DNA of 64,000 nt from Acidobacteria bacterium UBA823. GTDB lineage: Bacteria; Acidobacteriota; Vicinamibacteria; Vicinamibacterales; UBA823. The notes under the pieces are model-generated. The model was not told where the DNA came from. It did no database searches and saw nothing but the letters and a program-made list of their open reading frames with translations. Location of the stretch: NCBI GenBank assembly GCA_002296225.1, contig DBHR01000015.1, forward strand, positions 26,079-90,078, given 5' to 3'. Below, one piece after another: positions 31,093 to 40,833 of this stretch (its first letter is position 1; each line of letters starts with the position of its first letter). The position numbers and the translations under genes were made by a program.

Positions 31093-31746
31093 TCAGCCCT
31101 TGGCGGCCTGCGCCTTCTCCCAGTCAGCAAGGAACTTCTCGAGCCCGATGTCAGTCAGCGGATGCTTGAATAACGCCTCGATCACCGCAGGTGGACATGT
31201 GCAAACATCGGCGCCGAGGCGACCGGCCTGCACAATATGAATCGGGCCGCGGACACTAGCGACAAGCACCTCTGTGCCAAACTCGTAGTTCTCGTAAATG
31301 TCGACGATCTGGCTGATCAGCTCCATGCCTGAGGTCGCAATGTCATCCAGTCTGCCAACAAATGGGCTGACAAAGGTCGCGCCAGCCTTTGCAGCTAGCA
31401 GCGCTTGCGTCGCCGAGAAGACCAGCGTCACATTTACTCGAATGCCCTCATTCGCCAGCGTACCGCAGGCCTGCACACCTGGCTTGCCGAAAGGCACTTT
31501 CACGACGATGTGCTCGTCGATGCCCGCCAACTCGCGACCTTCCCGGACCATGCCCGTTACGTCCGTCGCGACGACTTCAGCGCTGACCGGACCCTTGACT
31601 GTCTGACAAATCTCCTTGAGCACAACCCGAGGTTCGCCACCGGCTTTAGCGAGAAGCGATGGATTCGTCGTAACCCCGTCGATAATCCCGAGCGGGACGA
31701 GACTGGCAATGTCGTTAACGTTTCCGGAATCGACGAACAGTTTCAT
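31093..31746 (-). CDS. Fructose-6-phosphate aldolase / short transaldolase family protein
   Basis: ATG at 31746. [10 protein letters not shown]...GVTTNPSL and the Schiff-base lysine context VVKVP. About 217 aa. Confidence 0.85.
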   Translation of the reverse strand: MKLFVDSGNVNDIASLVPLGIIDGVTTNPSLLAKAGGEPRVVLKEICQTVKGPVSAEVVATDVTGMVREGRELAGIDEHIVVKVPFGKPGVQACGTLANEGIRVNVTLVFSATQALLAAKAGATFVSPFVGRLDDIATSGMELISQIVDIYENYEFGTEVLVASVRGPIHIVQAGRLGADVCTCPPAVIEALFKHPLTDIGLEKFLADWEKAQAAKG

Positions 31747-31796
31747 CAGCAACTCCTTCCTGACGCGAGTGCTCACTCGCAAGCCGTCAGACCCAG

Positions 31797-33161
31797 TTAC
31801 TGCGGCGATTCGGTCACCCGGTTCGAAGGTTCGCTGACATTAGGCGAAACCGCCGCGTCCACAGCAACCACCGCATAAACATAGACGACACCTGCCGTGC
31901 CGGTCGTATCCTGATAAGTCGTTTCCGGCAGCAGCTCAGTCATCAAAGGCTGGAGTGTGTCACCAGGTGACTCGCCGCGCAAGACTAGATAGCCTGCCAA
32001 GTCAGAGTCTGGACTTGGCTGCCAGATGAGGCTAACCGCGCCAACGCTCCCAACCGCCACTAAATTCCTCGGCGGGGCCGGTGGAAACGTGTCGTGGAAT
32101 TCGACACAGGCCGGCGGAGACGGCTCGCTTTCAATCGGCTCACCATCCATCGTCGCGATCGCCCGAACGACATAGCACCGTTCCACACCAAACTCTACGC
32201 TCGTGTCAGTCCACTCCAACACATCAAGCGGCAATGGGTTTACGAGCATGGGTATGACCACGTCGCTGTCAATCGGCTCCGCAATACGTGGTGTGTAGCT
32301 GTAGACGTTATAGGCCGTGGGCTCAGCGGAGACAATTGCGGGCGTCGACTCCAAGGGGGCCGGGGTCCCTAGCGTCTGCGCGATGGCAGGCCCTTGCACA
32401 GTGTGTGTCGCGCCTGGCGCGGCCAGCCAGGTAATTGTCACGGCGTCGATAACGTAAGTCACCTCAGGCAGTCCCGGTGGTTTCGGCGCGTCATCCAGCC
32501 GCACGTCCAATCGAGACGACATGTTGCCAAAATCACCGTCGGCCGTCCGGCCGATCGCCACGTAGGTGCGACGCGCCGGTGCCTCGAAGAACGGTAAGGC
32601 CAGCGGTGGTTCTACCCAGCGCAACCCGGTCACAGTCGGTGCTTTGGCATCATCCTCATCGTCCTCGTCTACCACGAAACGACGATCAACGTCCGACAGG
32701 TCGGCCGGCGTCAGCAGCTCTTGTGTCAAGACCTCGCGCACTGTCACCGTCTCACCTAGCACCGGAAGCACCAACAGTGGATCGTCCGGCAAAGGTGGCA
32801 CACTCGGCTCAGCCCCCGCCGGGTTGGCCGGCGGCCTGATGTCGATCGTCGCCAGCAGTGTTGCCACCTCAACGAACTCTTCATCGGTCAACGGGTTGAC
32901 CCCTGCCTGCAGCGGACCAACCGTGATCGCGTAAACTTCGACAGTGGACAGATCGGCCGGTGAGCTACCGTCGGTGTTAAGGGTCGGTACATCGAATTGG
33001 AGGTGCACCTCGGCACCGAGCCGACGCGCGGTGAACTCAGCGGGTTCGGTCGGCACAATCCGGATCGGCGCCCGCGGCGGCCCTTTCTTGCCACAGCCCA
33101 CCACCGGGAGGAGGGCCATCAAGAGGATAGCCGCCGTGCAGCAACGCCGGAGTAGGTTCAC
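31797..33161 (-). CDS. Lipoprotein with C-terminal fibronectin-type-III-like domain
   Basis: The GTG start overlaps the hslU stop (GTGA). Lipobox LLPVVGC is followed by GKKGPP. The C-terminus [36 protein letters not shown]...YVYAVVAVD is FN3-like. Confidence 0.6.
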   Translation of the reverse strand: MNLLRRCCTAAILLMALLPVVGCGKKGPPRAPIRIVPTEPAEFTARRLGAEVHLQFDVPTLNTDGSSPADLSTVEVYAITVGPLQAGVNPLTDEEFVEVATLLATIDIRPPANPAGAEPSVPPLPDDPLLVLPVLGETVTVREVLTQELLTPADLSDVDRRFVVDEDDEDDAKAPTVTGLRWVEPPLALPFFEAPARRTYVAIGRTADGDFGNMSSRLDVRLDDAPKPPGLPEVTYVIDAVTITWLAAPGATHTVQGPAIAQTLGTPAPLESTPAIVSAEPTAYNVYSYTPRIAEPIDSDVVIPMLVNPLPLDVLEWTDTSVEFGVERCYVVRAIATMDGEPIESEPSPPACVEFHDTFPPAPPRNLVAVGSVGAVSLIWQPSPDSDLAGYLVLRGESPGDTLQPLMTELLPETTYQDTTGTAGVVYVYAVVAVDAAVSPNVSEPSNRVTESPQ

Positions 33162-34537
33162 AGGATGTATCGGGTCCGGTCTTCGTTCTTGATAATGTCC
33201 GCCAGCATCCGGTCGACGTAGGCCGCGTCGATCGCGATCGACTTCTCAGTCATGTCCGGCGCTTCGAACGAGATTTCCTCGAGGATTTTCTCCATTACCG
33301 TGTGTAACCGACGTGCACCGATGTTTTCTGCGCTCTCATTGACCAGGGTGGCCAGCTCGGCAACGCGATCGATCGCACCAGTGTTGAAGCTCAACTCAAC
33401 CCCTTCAGTCGCCAGTAGCGCAGTGTACTGCTTGACGAGCGCACCGCGGGGCTCGGTGAGAATCCGCACGAACTCCTCCGTACCGAGTGCCTGAAGCTCG
33501 ACGCGAATCGGAAACCGACCCTGCAGTTCGGGAATGAGATCTGCCGGCTTCGAGACGGAAAACGCGCCAGCCGCGATAAACAAGATGTGGTCGGTGCGTA
33601 CGATACCGTGCTTCGTATTGACCGGGGTACCTTCCACGATCGGCAGGATGTCGCGCTGGACACCCTCGCGGCTCACGTCGGGCCCGTGCGTGCTCTCGTG
33701 TCTCGCGATCTTATCGATCTCGTCGATGAAGATGATACCGGCCTGCTCGACTCGCTCGACGGCCGCGCGTCCGACCGATTCCATATCGACGAGCTTCTGC
33801 TCTTCTTCCTGTACGAGGTATTTGAGCGCCTCGGGTATGGGCATGCTGCGCTTTCTGGTGTGGCCCTGAAACAGGCTCGGTAGCATGTCCTTCATGTTGA
33901 TGTCAATCTCCTCGACCGACGAGCCCGCCACGATCTCGAACGATGGAAACGACTTCCCACGAACATCGACCTCGACCCGTCGGCTGTCAAGCTGGCCGGC
34001 CATGAGCTGCTCCCGAAATTTCTCACGCGTCCGCTGCACACGTTCGCGTGCCGCGTTTACCTCGTCGCTGTTACCCGCAGGCTTAATCGGCGGTAGTAGC
34101 AGATCGAGCACCCGTTCCTCAGCGTTGCGCTTGGCCCGCTCTCTGACCTCGACCAGCCGCTCGTCACGAACCATGTCGACGGCCAGTTCGGTGAGATCAC
34201 GCACCATGGATTCGACGTCGCGGCCCACATAGCCCACCTCGGTAAATTTTGACGCTTCGACCTTGATGAACGGTGATTGCGCCAATCGCGCCAGACGTCT
34301 GGCGATCTCGGTTTTCCCAACACCCGTTGGACCAATCATCAGGATGTTTTTCGGCGCCACCTCCTCGGCAAGTTCCGGGGAGAGCTTCTGCCGGCGCATC
34401 CGGTTCCGGAGTGCCACCGCTACGGCGCGCTTCGCCTGCGTCTGCCCAACGACGAACTTATCGAGCTCAGCGACAATCTGGCGCGGGGTAAGCGAATCGG
34501 CTGTGGATTTGGTGGTCCCGGGAAGATAGATTGGCAT
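33158..34537 (-). CDS. hslU: ATP-dependent protease ATPase subunit HslU
   Basis: [17 protein letters not shown], Walker [10 protein letters not shown] and a characteristic C-terminus. Confidence 0.95.
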   Translation of the reverse strand: MPIYLPGTTKSTADSLTPRQIVAELDKFVVGQTQAKRAVAVALRNRMRRQKLSPELAEEVAPKNILMIGPTGVGKTEIARRLARLAQSPFIKVEASKFTEVGYVGRDVESMVRDLTELAVDMVRDERLVEVRERAKRNAEERVLDLLLPPIKPAGNSDEVNAARERVQRTREKFREQLMAGQLDSRRVEVDVRGKSFPSFEIVAGSSVEEIDINMKDMLPSLFQGHTRKRSMPIPEALKYLVQEEEQKLVDMESVGRAAVERVEQAGIIFIDEIDKIARHESTHGPDVSREGVQRDILPIVEGTPVNTKHGIVRTDHILFIAAGAFSVSKPADLIPELQGRFPIRVELQALGTEEFVRILTEPRGALVKQYTALLATEGVELSFNTGAIDRVAELATLVNESAENIGARRLHTVMEKILEEISFEAPDMTEKSIAIDAAYVDRMLADIIKNEDRTRYIL

Positions 34538-34581
34538 CAGCGAAATTCAAGATGCACGGGACAACTCGCCACGAGACGCCA

Positions 34582-35109
34582 CTACAATTCCTCGATTGAA
34601 ATGAAGTCGTTCGTGTACACACAGATCCCAGCGGCGATCCGCATCGCCGCTTCAGCGATCTGGTAAGCGTCAAGGCTCGTGTGGTTAGCCAGCGCCTTAG
34701 CCGCCGAGAGCGCGTAGGGCCCGCCTGAGCCGATGGCAACAATACCGTCATCCGGCTCAATCAGATCGCCGGTGCCCGAAAGGAGGAACGTCGAATCCTT
34801 GTCCGTAACGACCAGCATCGCCTCAAGTCGGCGCAGCACGCGATCCGAGCGCCAGTCTTTGGCAAGTTCAACGGCAGAACGTTCGAGGTTGCCGCGGTAC
34901 TGTTCGAGCTTGGTCTCGAATCTCTCAAATAGCGCGAATGAGTCGGCGGCTGAACCGGCGAAACCGGCAAGAACGCGGTCATCGAAAAGGCGGCGAATCT
35001 TCCTGGCGCCCTGCTTTACCACCGTCTGGCCGAAGGTCACCTGCCCGTCGCCGGCCATGATGGTTCGGCCTCCATGTCGCACCGCGAGAACGGTCGTGCT
35101 GTGATGCAT
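34582..35109 (-). CDS. hslV: ATP-dependent protease subunit HslV (CodW-like N-terminus)
   Basis: ATG at 35109 gives [14 protein letters not shown]...GDGQVTFG...GFAGS..D. The protein is closely collinear with HslV/CodW. Confidence 0.95.
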   Translation of the reverse strand: MHHSTTVLAVRHGGRTIMAGDGQVTFGQTVVKQGARKIRRLFDDRVLAGFAGSAADSFALFERFETKLEQYRGNLERSAVELAKDWRSDRVLRRLEAMLVVTDKDSTFLLSGTGDLIEPDDGIVAIGSGGPYALSAAKALANHTSLDAYQIAEAAMRIAAGICVYTNDFISIEEL

Positions 35110-35420
35110 TCGGCGAATCGAAAAGTAATCGTAAACGTAAGTCCGTGGTTGGATGGCGTCGAAGCACCAACGTCGCGAGTTTATCGAATGGATGAAAACA
35201 GTGTCAATGCCGCGAACCAACCACACGCACACTCGGGACCTACCTACGGTGTGGGCATCCTGTTCGCGAGGATGGTGGACACGAGGTAGATGCCGCTACC
35301 GAACACGTTGGAGACAACGACCGAGCCCCGGTCGATCGGAGCAAGCTCCAGCGTCGACGGGTGGGATGTGTACTTAGGAGGCGGTGAAGCTAAAGTGGAA
35401 CCGTGGGACGTCACAGTCAT
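35110..35420 (-). pseudogene. Probable decayed 5' fragment of an APC-superfamily amino-acid permease
   Basis: A 58-codon ORF (35420-35244) is below the track cut-off. It reads [58 protein letters not shown]. The GSGI(F/Y) TM1 signature and its flanks match APC permease N-termini. After the stop, a shifted frame reads VWLVRGIDT...YVY, which is also permease-like. G/C is strongly preferred at third codon positions. Confidence 0.4.
35180..35207 (-). promoter_or_regulatory. Candidate sigma70-type promoter for hslVU
   Basis: The minus strand reads TTGACA-N16-GATAAA, about 70 nt upstream of the hslV ATG. This is a pattern match only. Confidence 0.3.
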
Positions 35421-35449
35421 GACTTTTGGAGAGCACCGATCGTTTCAAT

Positions 35450-35980
35450 CTATTGCTCTATCTCTACCAACAGTTGCCGGTCAATGGGGTATTCTCCCTC
35501 TCCAATTGGGAGCCACGGCGAACTGCGATGCTTGGCGAAGAGCTTGACCTCCACGTCCACGAACGCCCGGTTTTCCAGCATGTCGAGTCGGGGTTCCATG
35601 CCGGCGTAACCGAGCCCCGCACGCATTACGATCGGCTGGGTCGAATCGCCCACCGGTAGTCCCTCGATGCTAATCGCCTTCACGGTAGAGCTACCCAACT
35701 CCTCCACATCCTCCAGGACCCGAAAGACTCCCATAACAGTCACGACCGAGATCCGGTTCTGTGCACTATTCTTCAGCTTAAACGAGACCTGTGGGACGAG
35801 CTTGTTCCTCCCGTCTGGGAGAATGCCATTGTCGAACCAGCCGGTCGCCACATCGGTAACGAGTAGCTCATTGGCAACGTCGAGCGACTCTCCGCATCCT
35901 GCGACTAGGCTCGCCGCGATGAGCGCAAGACTCAGCACGACCGCCCGCAGGCCGTGGGCAGTTCCACTAGGAGGGCGCAT
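35450..35980 (-). CDS. Hypothetical lipoprotein
   Basis: ATG at 35980. ...LALIAASLVAGC is a lipobox. No other motif is recognisable. It is the last gene of the sigma/anti-sigma block. Confidence 0.6.
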   Translation of the reverse strand: MRPPSGTAHGLRAVVLSLALIAASLVAGCGESLDVANELLVTDVATGWFDNGILPDGRNKLVPQVSFKLKNSAQNRISVVTVMGVFRVLEDVEELGSSTVKAISIEGLPVGDSTQPIVMRAGLGYAGMEPRLDMLENRAFVDVEVKLFAKHRSSPWLPIGEGEYPIDRQLLVEIEQ

Positions 35981-36008
35981 GAGAAAATTGTAGATCAATA
36001 TTCCGCCG

Positions 36009-36857
36009 TCATCGACCAGTAACTCGCTTGTAGCCAAGGAGGCGAAGCGAGCCGTCGGTGAGCAAATCGACCCGGTCGGCAACTCCACGCCGACTAACGC
36101 GACGTGCGGCCTCGAGATAATCCATAATCTCGTTAGTTTGAACTACCTCGGCCTCAGTCAGTCCCTGGATCTGTCCTACCCGCTCCTCTATTCTGAGTAA
36201 GTCAGCCTGGCGTTGCGCCTCAGCCTCTCGCGTCAGGTGCGCGAACCGCAATGCTAGGTCGCGCTGCTGCCGACGCTCACTCTCCGTAATGAGCCGCTGG
36301 AAGTGTGTCGGCACCGGCTGTGCGTCCAACCCGGGCTCAACGGCCGTCGCCACCTCGGGCGAGACATCGGCACTGGACGCTCCGAACTCGCGCCGCAGCT
36401 CTGCTTTGAGCGCAACGAGATCGGCGTACCATGCAACGTCACCTGCGGTTTCGACCGCTTCGGTCGGAAAAGTAGGATTTGACCACCCGGTTTGCACCAC
36501 CACGCCGTCATCTCCATACCGGATTTCGAGGTTCGCAACCGAGGCAACAATTAGGAAGACCACAGCTGCGGCCAACGACCAGACGGGCGCCGACTGCCAC
36601 AAGGTCCATGGCTGGCCTGGCCGACCAGCCACCGCATCGGCCGGCACGATGGGGAACTCCGGCGCCGGCTTAGGCGGCATCCACTCCGCGAGACGGCCTC
36701 GCACACCGGTCAACGCCTCAAACTCGTCACGGCATGACACGCACAACGCAAAGTGGGCCTCGGCCCGTTCGCGCGCGCTTGCATCGCATTCGTCATAGAG
36801 ATAGCTCACCAGCAACGACTTGTCATTGCAGGCGTCATCGCTTTGGTTGTTTGTCAC
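36009..36857 (-). CDS. Anti-sigma factor (zf-HC2 type, single-pass membrane)
   Basis: The GTG start overlaps the sigma-factor stop (GTGA). N-terminal H-x3-C-x2-C (HFALCVSC), a central TM helix (WSLAAAVVFLIVASVANL) and an extracytoplasmic C-terminal domain. Confidence 0.7.
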   Translation of the reverse strand: MTNNQSDDACNDKSLLVSYLYDECDASARERAEAHFALCVSCRDEFEALTGVRGRLAEWMPPKPAPEFPIVPADAVAGRPGQPWTLWQSAPVWSLAAAVVFLIVASVANLEIRYGDDGVVVQTGWSNPTFPTEAVETAGDVAWYADLVALKAELRREFGASSADVSPEVATAVEPGLDAQPVPTHFQRLITESERRQQRDLALRFAHLTREAEAQRQADLLRIEERVGQIQGLTEAEVVQTNEIMDYLEAARRVSRRGVADRVDLLTDGSLRLLGYKRVTGR

Positions 36858-37501
36858 GTCGCTTTCCTGCTTTCCTGTTGCGTCGCCGTGGGCAACCCTC
36901 TGGATGGAAAAACTGCTGCGCGGTCAATTCCCCGCCGTTCGAGTTCTTGCCGGAGATGGGTTAATCCTTTGTAGAGCCGCGTCTTGACCGTGCTCAATGG
37001 ACACCCCTGGGAATCAGCGATCTCCTGAAAGGTAAACCCGTGATACTCCTTCAAGACGATCGCCGTGCGCTGCTCGCGGGGAATCGCCGCCATCGCTAGG
37101 GAGACCTCATCCCCCAGTTCCCGCCACCCGACCAGATCCTCCACCGAATCACTAGGGATTTCGACCGCCGCTAGGTCTGGGACGTCAACGCCCTCTGGCA
37201 CCGGAACCAGCGGTGACCGCCGTTCCCGGCGGCTCCAGTCACGGCAGAGATTGACCGTAATCTGGTATAGCCATGACGAGAACTTCGCTTGACCCCTGAA
37301 ACCCTTGATGCTACGGAACGCCCGGAGGAATGTTTCCTGACACACGTCGCGCGCTTCGTCCTGATGTCCGAGTACGCGGTAGGCCAAGGCGTAAATCTGG
37401 CGCTCCCAACGCACCACGAGCTGGTTAAAGCTGTCGTGGTCCCCACGGACTGAGCGGGCCACCAGTTCCTCGTCGGTCCTCACCATCAACGCGCTGGACA
37501 T
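36854..37501 (-). CDS. ECF-type RNA polymerase sigma factor
   Basis: ATG at 37501. Region 2 is DVCQETFLRAF...WLYQITVNLCRDW. Region 4 is FQEIADSQGCPLSTVKTRLYKG. Confidence 0.85.
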   Translation of the reverse strand: MSSALMVRTDEELVARSVRGDHDSFNQLVVRWERQIYALAYRVLGHQDEARDVCQETFLRAFRSIKGFRGQAKFSSWLYQITVNLCRDWSRRERRSPLVPVPEGVDVPDLAAVEIPSDSVEDLVGWRELGDEVSLAMAAIPREQRTAIVLKEYHGFTFQEIADSQGCPLSTVKTRLYKGLTHLRQELERRGIDRAAVFPSRGLPTATQQESRKAT

Positions 37502-37600
37502 TACCACTGACTCAATGCGCGGCCGCAGGCCACTGGGCACTCGACCACACACACAGCTCCCTCTCCATATTAGACGGCGCATCGGCCTCAGCAGTCGGCA

Positions 37601-37622
37601 GCTAGCTGAAAAATCAGCTAGC
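37601..37622. repeat. Perfect 9-bp inverted repeat with 4-nt spacer (GCTAGCTGA-AAAA-TCAGCTAGC)
   Basis: Read directly from the sequence. It lies in the divergent intergenic region between the ECF sigma gene and the ABC-F gene. Confidence 0.6.
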
Positions 37623-37755
37623 ATTAGCCACCAAATGCATGCCATTTAATATAAACCCTCTTTTCTCATATAGTTATCGATTCTGGTAACATATTCTGCT
37701 GGCAAGTGGCGGACCTCTTCGTCCATGCGCCTTGGACCCACTGGCACCACTAAAA

Positions 37756-39708
37756 ATGATTCATCTCTCCGCCATCTCGAAACACTTCGGGACCCGCACG
37801 CTGCTCCAGGACATCACGTGGCAGCTAGGTCCTGGCGAGCGGGTTGGGCTCTGCGGACCGAACGGCGCCGGCAAGACCACATTGCTCAAAATGATGGCCG
37901 GCTCCGAAGAGCCAGACGTTGGACAGGTCGTCAGGCCGAACGGGTTAACGGTCGGGTATCTCCCCCAAGACGGTCTCGTCCACTCCGGCCGGACGGTCTT
38001 CGACGAAGTCAGTCGCGGTCTGCAACCACTATTGGATTTGAAGGCAGAGATGCACACCCTCGAGCACCAACTGGGTGACACGTCGGTCCCGGGAGCCGAG
38101 CACCCACGGTTACTGGAACGCTACAGTGAGGTGCAAGAAACCTTCCAGCGCCAAGACGGCTACGTGATCGAGCAACGCGTCGCAACGATCCTTCGCGGAC
38201 TAGGATTCGCCAAAAGCGATGCAGAGTGCCAATCCGAGACGTTTTCGGGTGGGTGGCAGATGCGCATCGCCCTGGCCAAACTATTGCTCGGGCGACCCGG
38301 GTTGCTTCTGCTCGACGAGCCGACGAATCACCTCGATCTGGAGGCGCGCAACTGGCTTGAGACCTACCTCGCCGGATATCCGCATGCCGTAATGCTAGTC
38401 TCGCATGATCGCTTCTTTCTCGACGCTGTCGTCACCCGCATTACTGAGATCGGCCTAAAGACCCTAACCGACTATCCCGGCAATTACACCACCTACGTCG
38501 TTGAGCGGGATGCGCGGCTCGCACGGCTTCGGGAAGCTAAGCGCCGACAGGACGAGGAGGTCGCCAGGATCCGGCAGTTCGTAGATCGATTTCGGTATCA
38601 AGCGACCAAGGCTGCACAGGTACAAAGTCGCCTGAAGATGCTTAACAAGATCGTGCCGATCGAAGTGCCGCCTGTACACAAGAAGATGCATTTCCGCTTC
38701 CCGAAGTGTCGCAAGAGTGGCCGAAGTGTGATCGCACTAACCGGTGCAAGCAAAGCCTACGGCACGAACGACATCTTCCGTCCGCTCGACCTGATGATTG
38801 AACACGGCAGTCGGATCGCGCTCGTCGGACCGAACGGCTCGGGTAAGTCGACGTTGATGCGGCTCCTCGCGGGCACCGAAGCGCCTGACACAGGCACCCG
38901 CACCCAGGGGCACCAAGTCACTATGCAGTACTTCGCACAGGACGAGGCGGCACGTCTTGACCCGATGCTGACTGTGCACGACACGCTGGTCGGGGGTGCC
39001 ACGTTCGACACGGTACCTGCCATTCGCAACGTCCTTGGTGGATTTCTCTTCTCGGGCGACGACATCGATAAGAAGGTCGGCGTGCTGTCAGGCGGCGAAC
39101 GGACCCGGCTAGCGGTGGCGCGTATGCTGCTGCGCCCAGCTAACACGCTGCTGCTCGACGAGCCGACGAATCATCTAGATATCGATTCGACGGACGTGCT
39201 CCTCAACGCGCTCGTGGCTTTCAGCGGCACACTGATCTTCGTATCGCACGACCGCTACTTCGTAGACAGGTTGGCGACGCAAATCATCGAAATCGGCCGG
39301 GGGGAGGCGGTCGTCTATCCAGGCACCTACAAGGAGTTTCGCTGGAGCCGGAGCCAACGGGCGGAGGCGCCCGAGACGCTGCCAAAGCAACTGGCCAAGC
39401 GCGACCCACGACGAAGTACACGGGTGGCCGCGGCCGCAGAACGCAAACGCGCTGCGGCGGAAGCACGCAAACGCCAGCGTGCGATCAATGCTCAGCGCCA
39501 CCGCGTAACCGCGCTGGAGCAAGTGATTAGCGACCGTGAAGCTGCCCTTAAGGAAATTGAAGCGACGATGAGCCAGCCAGATTTCTACAGCGATCGTGAA
39601 GTGGCTAACGCCCTGATTGCACAGCACCAGGCTTTGATGTGGGAAATCGGCAATTTAATGCACCAGTGGGAAGGGTTGCAGACAGCCGCGCAGGAGAGGC
39701 TCCACTGA
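37756..39708 (+). CDS. ABC-F family ATPase (Uup/EttA-like, no transmembrane domain)
   Basis: Two ABC cassettes (GPNGAGKTT/FSGGWQMR and GPNGSGKST/LSGGERTR) plus a charged coiled-coil C-terminus. Confidence 0.9.
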   Translation: MIHLSAISKHFGTRTLLQDITWQLGPGERVGLCGPNGAGKTTLLKMMAGSEEPDVGQVVRPNGLTVGYLPQDGLVHSGRTVFDEVSRGLQPLLDLKAEMHTLEHQLGDTSVPGAEHPRLLERYSEVQETFQRQDGYVIEQRVATILRGLGFAKSDAECQSETFSGGWQMRIALAKLLLGRPGLLLLDEPTNHLDLEARNWLETYLAGYPHAVMLVSHDRFFLDAVVTRITEIGLKTLTDYPGNYTTYVVERDARLARLREAKRRQDEEVARIRQFVDRFRYQATKAAQVQSRLKMLNKIVPIEVPPVHKKMHFRFPKCRKSGRSVIALTGASKAYGTNDIFRPLDLMIEHGSRIALVGPNGSGKSTLMRLLAGTEAPDTGTRTQGHQVTMQYFAQDEAARLDPMLTVHDTLVGGATFDTVPAIRNVLGGFLFSGDDIDKKVGVLSGGERTRLAVARMLLRPANTLLLDEPTNHLDIDSTDVLLNALVAFSGTLIFVSHDRYFVDRLATQIIEIGRGEAVVYPGTYKEFRWSRSQRAEAPETLPKQLAKRDPRRSTRVAAAAERKRAAAEARKRQRAINAQRHRVTALEQVISDREAALKEIEATMSQPDFYSDREVANALIAQHQALMWEIGNLMHQWEGLQTAAQERLH

Positions 39709-39777
39709 GTTTCGCAGGATGCCGGAGGGCTCCAACGGACTCGGCGTAGAAGAACGCCGCCTCGCCGATGCCTGCCC

Positions 39778-40833
39778 TCACACGCGTGACGAGCTGATTT
39801 CTGGCGATCTTTGATCCTTAGTCCCTTGTTTCGACCGTGGGTGTAATTTCTTGTAATCCTTCGACAACTGGGCGAGGTCCACGTGGGTATAACGCTGCGT
39901 CGTATCTAAGCTCGCATGTCCTAGCAGTTCCTGGATAAACCGCAGGTCAGCACCGCACTCCAGCAGGTGCGTGGCAATCGAGTGGCGCAGTGCGTGCGGA
40001 CTGATCTCGAGCTTCTTCGAGCACGCCGCCTCATATCGGCGGACAAGGCGGTCGACACTACGCGTCGACAACCTGCCGCCGCGGTAGTTGACGAACAATG
40101 GCTTCGCACCATCGCGCCTGCGCTGCACCAATCGGATTGACAGTTGCGTCGGCCGCACTTTCTCGATTAATACCTTACGGTCGGGTAAATACCGCTTGAG
40201 CGCGGTCCTCGCGCTCTGGTTGAACGGTATTTCCCGCTCTTTACCGCCCTTGCCGTGCACGCGGACCAAGCGGACGTTCAGGTCGATGTCTGGAAGGTCA
40301 AGCGCAACCAATTCACTTAACCGCAAGCCCGACGCGTAGAACAGTTCGAGGATCGCCCGGTCACGACGGCCGAGCGGCGTGTCGATGTCTGGGGTGTCCA
40401 TTAGTTCCGTGATCTGCTTCTGCTCGAGATGAACCGGAAGCTTCTGCACAAGCTTGGGCGGCTTAATGTACTCGCACGGGTCGTCTTCGATCAGTGCCTC
40501 TCGTTGAAGGTAGTGCCCAAAAGCCCGAAGAGCCGCTAGCTTGCGTTTAGGCGAGGCTGTCGATTTGCGGCCGTCTCGTGCAGTTCGCCGCAGTTCGTCC
40601 ATAAACCCGCGAACATTCTCTTGATTGAAATCCTTTAGCGTCACACGGTTCTTACCGCCCTTTTTCTTCGCAGTTTCCTGCTTTACTTTTCTCTTCTTGT
40701 CTCGCTCCTGCTCGAGCAGCCTAGCCGTGAAGGTGATGAACTGAGTCAGGTCGCTCTTGTAGGCGCGCACGGTGTGCGCCGACAGAGCACGATACTGCAG
40801 GTGTTCAAGAAACAATCGGAGTTGACTGAGCAT
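39778..40833 (-). CDS. xerC: Tyrosine recombinase XerC/XerD family
   Basis: ATG at 40833. The catalytic residues sit in ...ASGLRLSEL...HALRHSIATHLLECGADLRFIQELLGHASLDTTQRYTHV. It lies directly downstream of trmFO. Confidence 0.85.
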   Translation of the reverse strand: MLSQLRLFLEHLQYRALSAHTVRAYKSDLTQFITFTARLLEQERDKKRKVKQETAKKKGGKNRVTLKDFNQENVRGFMDELRRTARDGRKSTASPKRKLAALRAFGHYLQREALIEDDPCEYIKPPKLVQKLPVHLEQKQITELMDTPDIDTPLGRRDRAILELFYASGLRLSELVALDLPDIDLNVRLVRVHGKGGKEREIPFNQSARTALKRYLPDRKVLIEKVRPTQLSIRLVQRRRDGAKPLFVNYRGGRLSTRSVDRLVRRYEAACSKKLEISPHALRHSIATHLLECGADLRFIQELLGHASLDTTQRYTHVDLAQLSKDYKKLHPRSKQGTKDQRSPEISSSRV

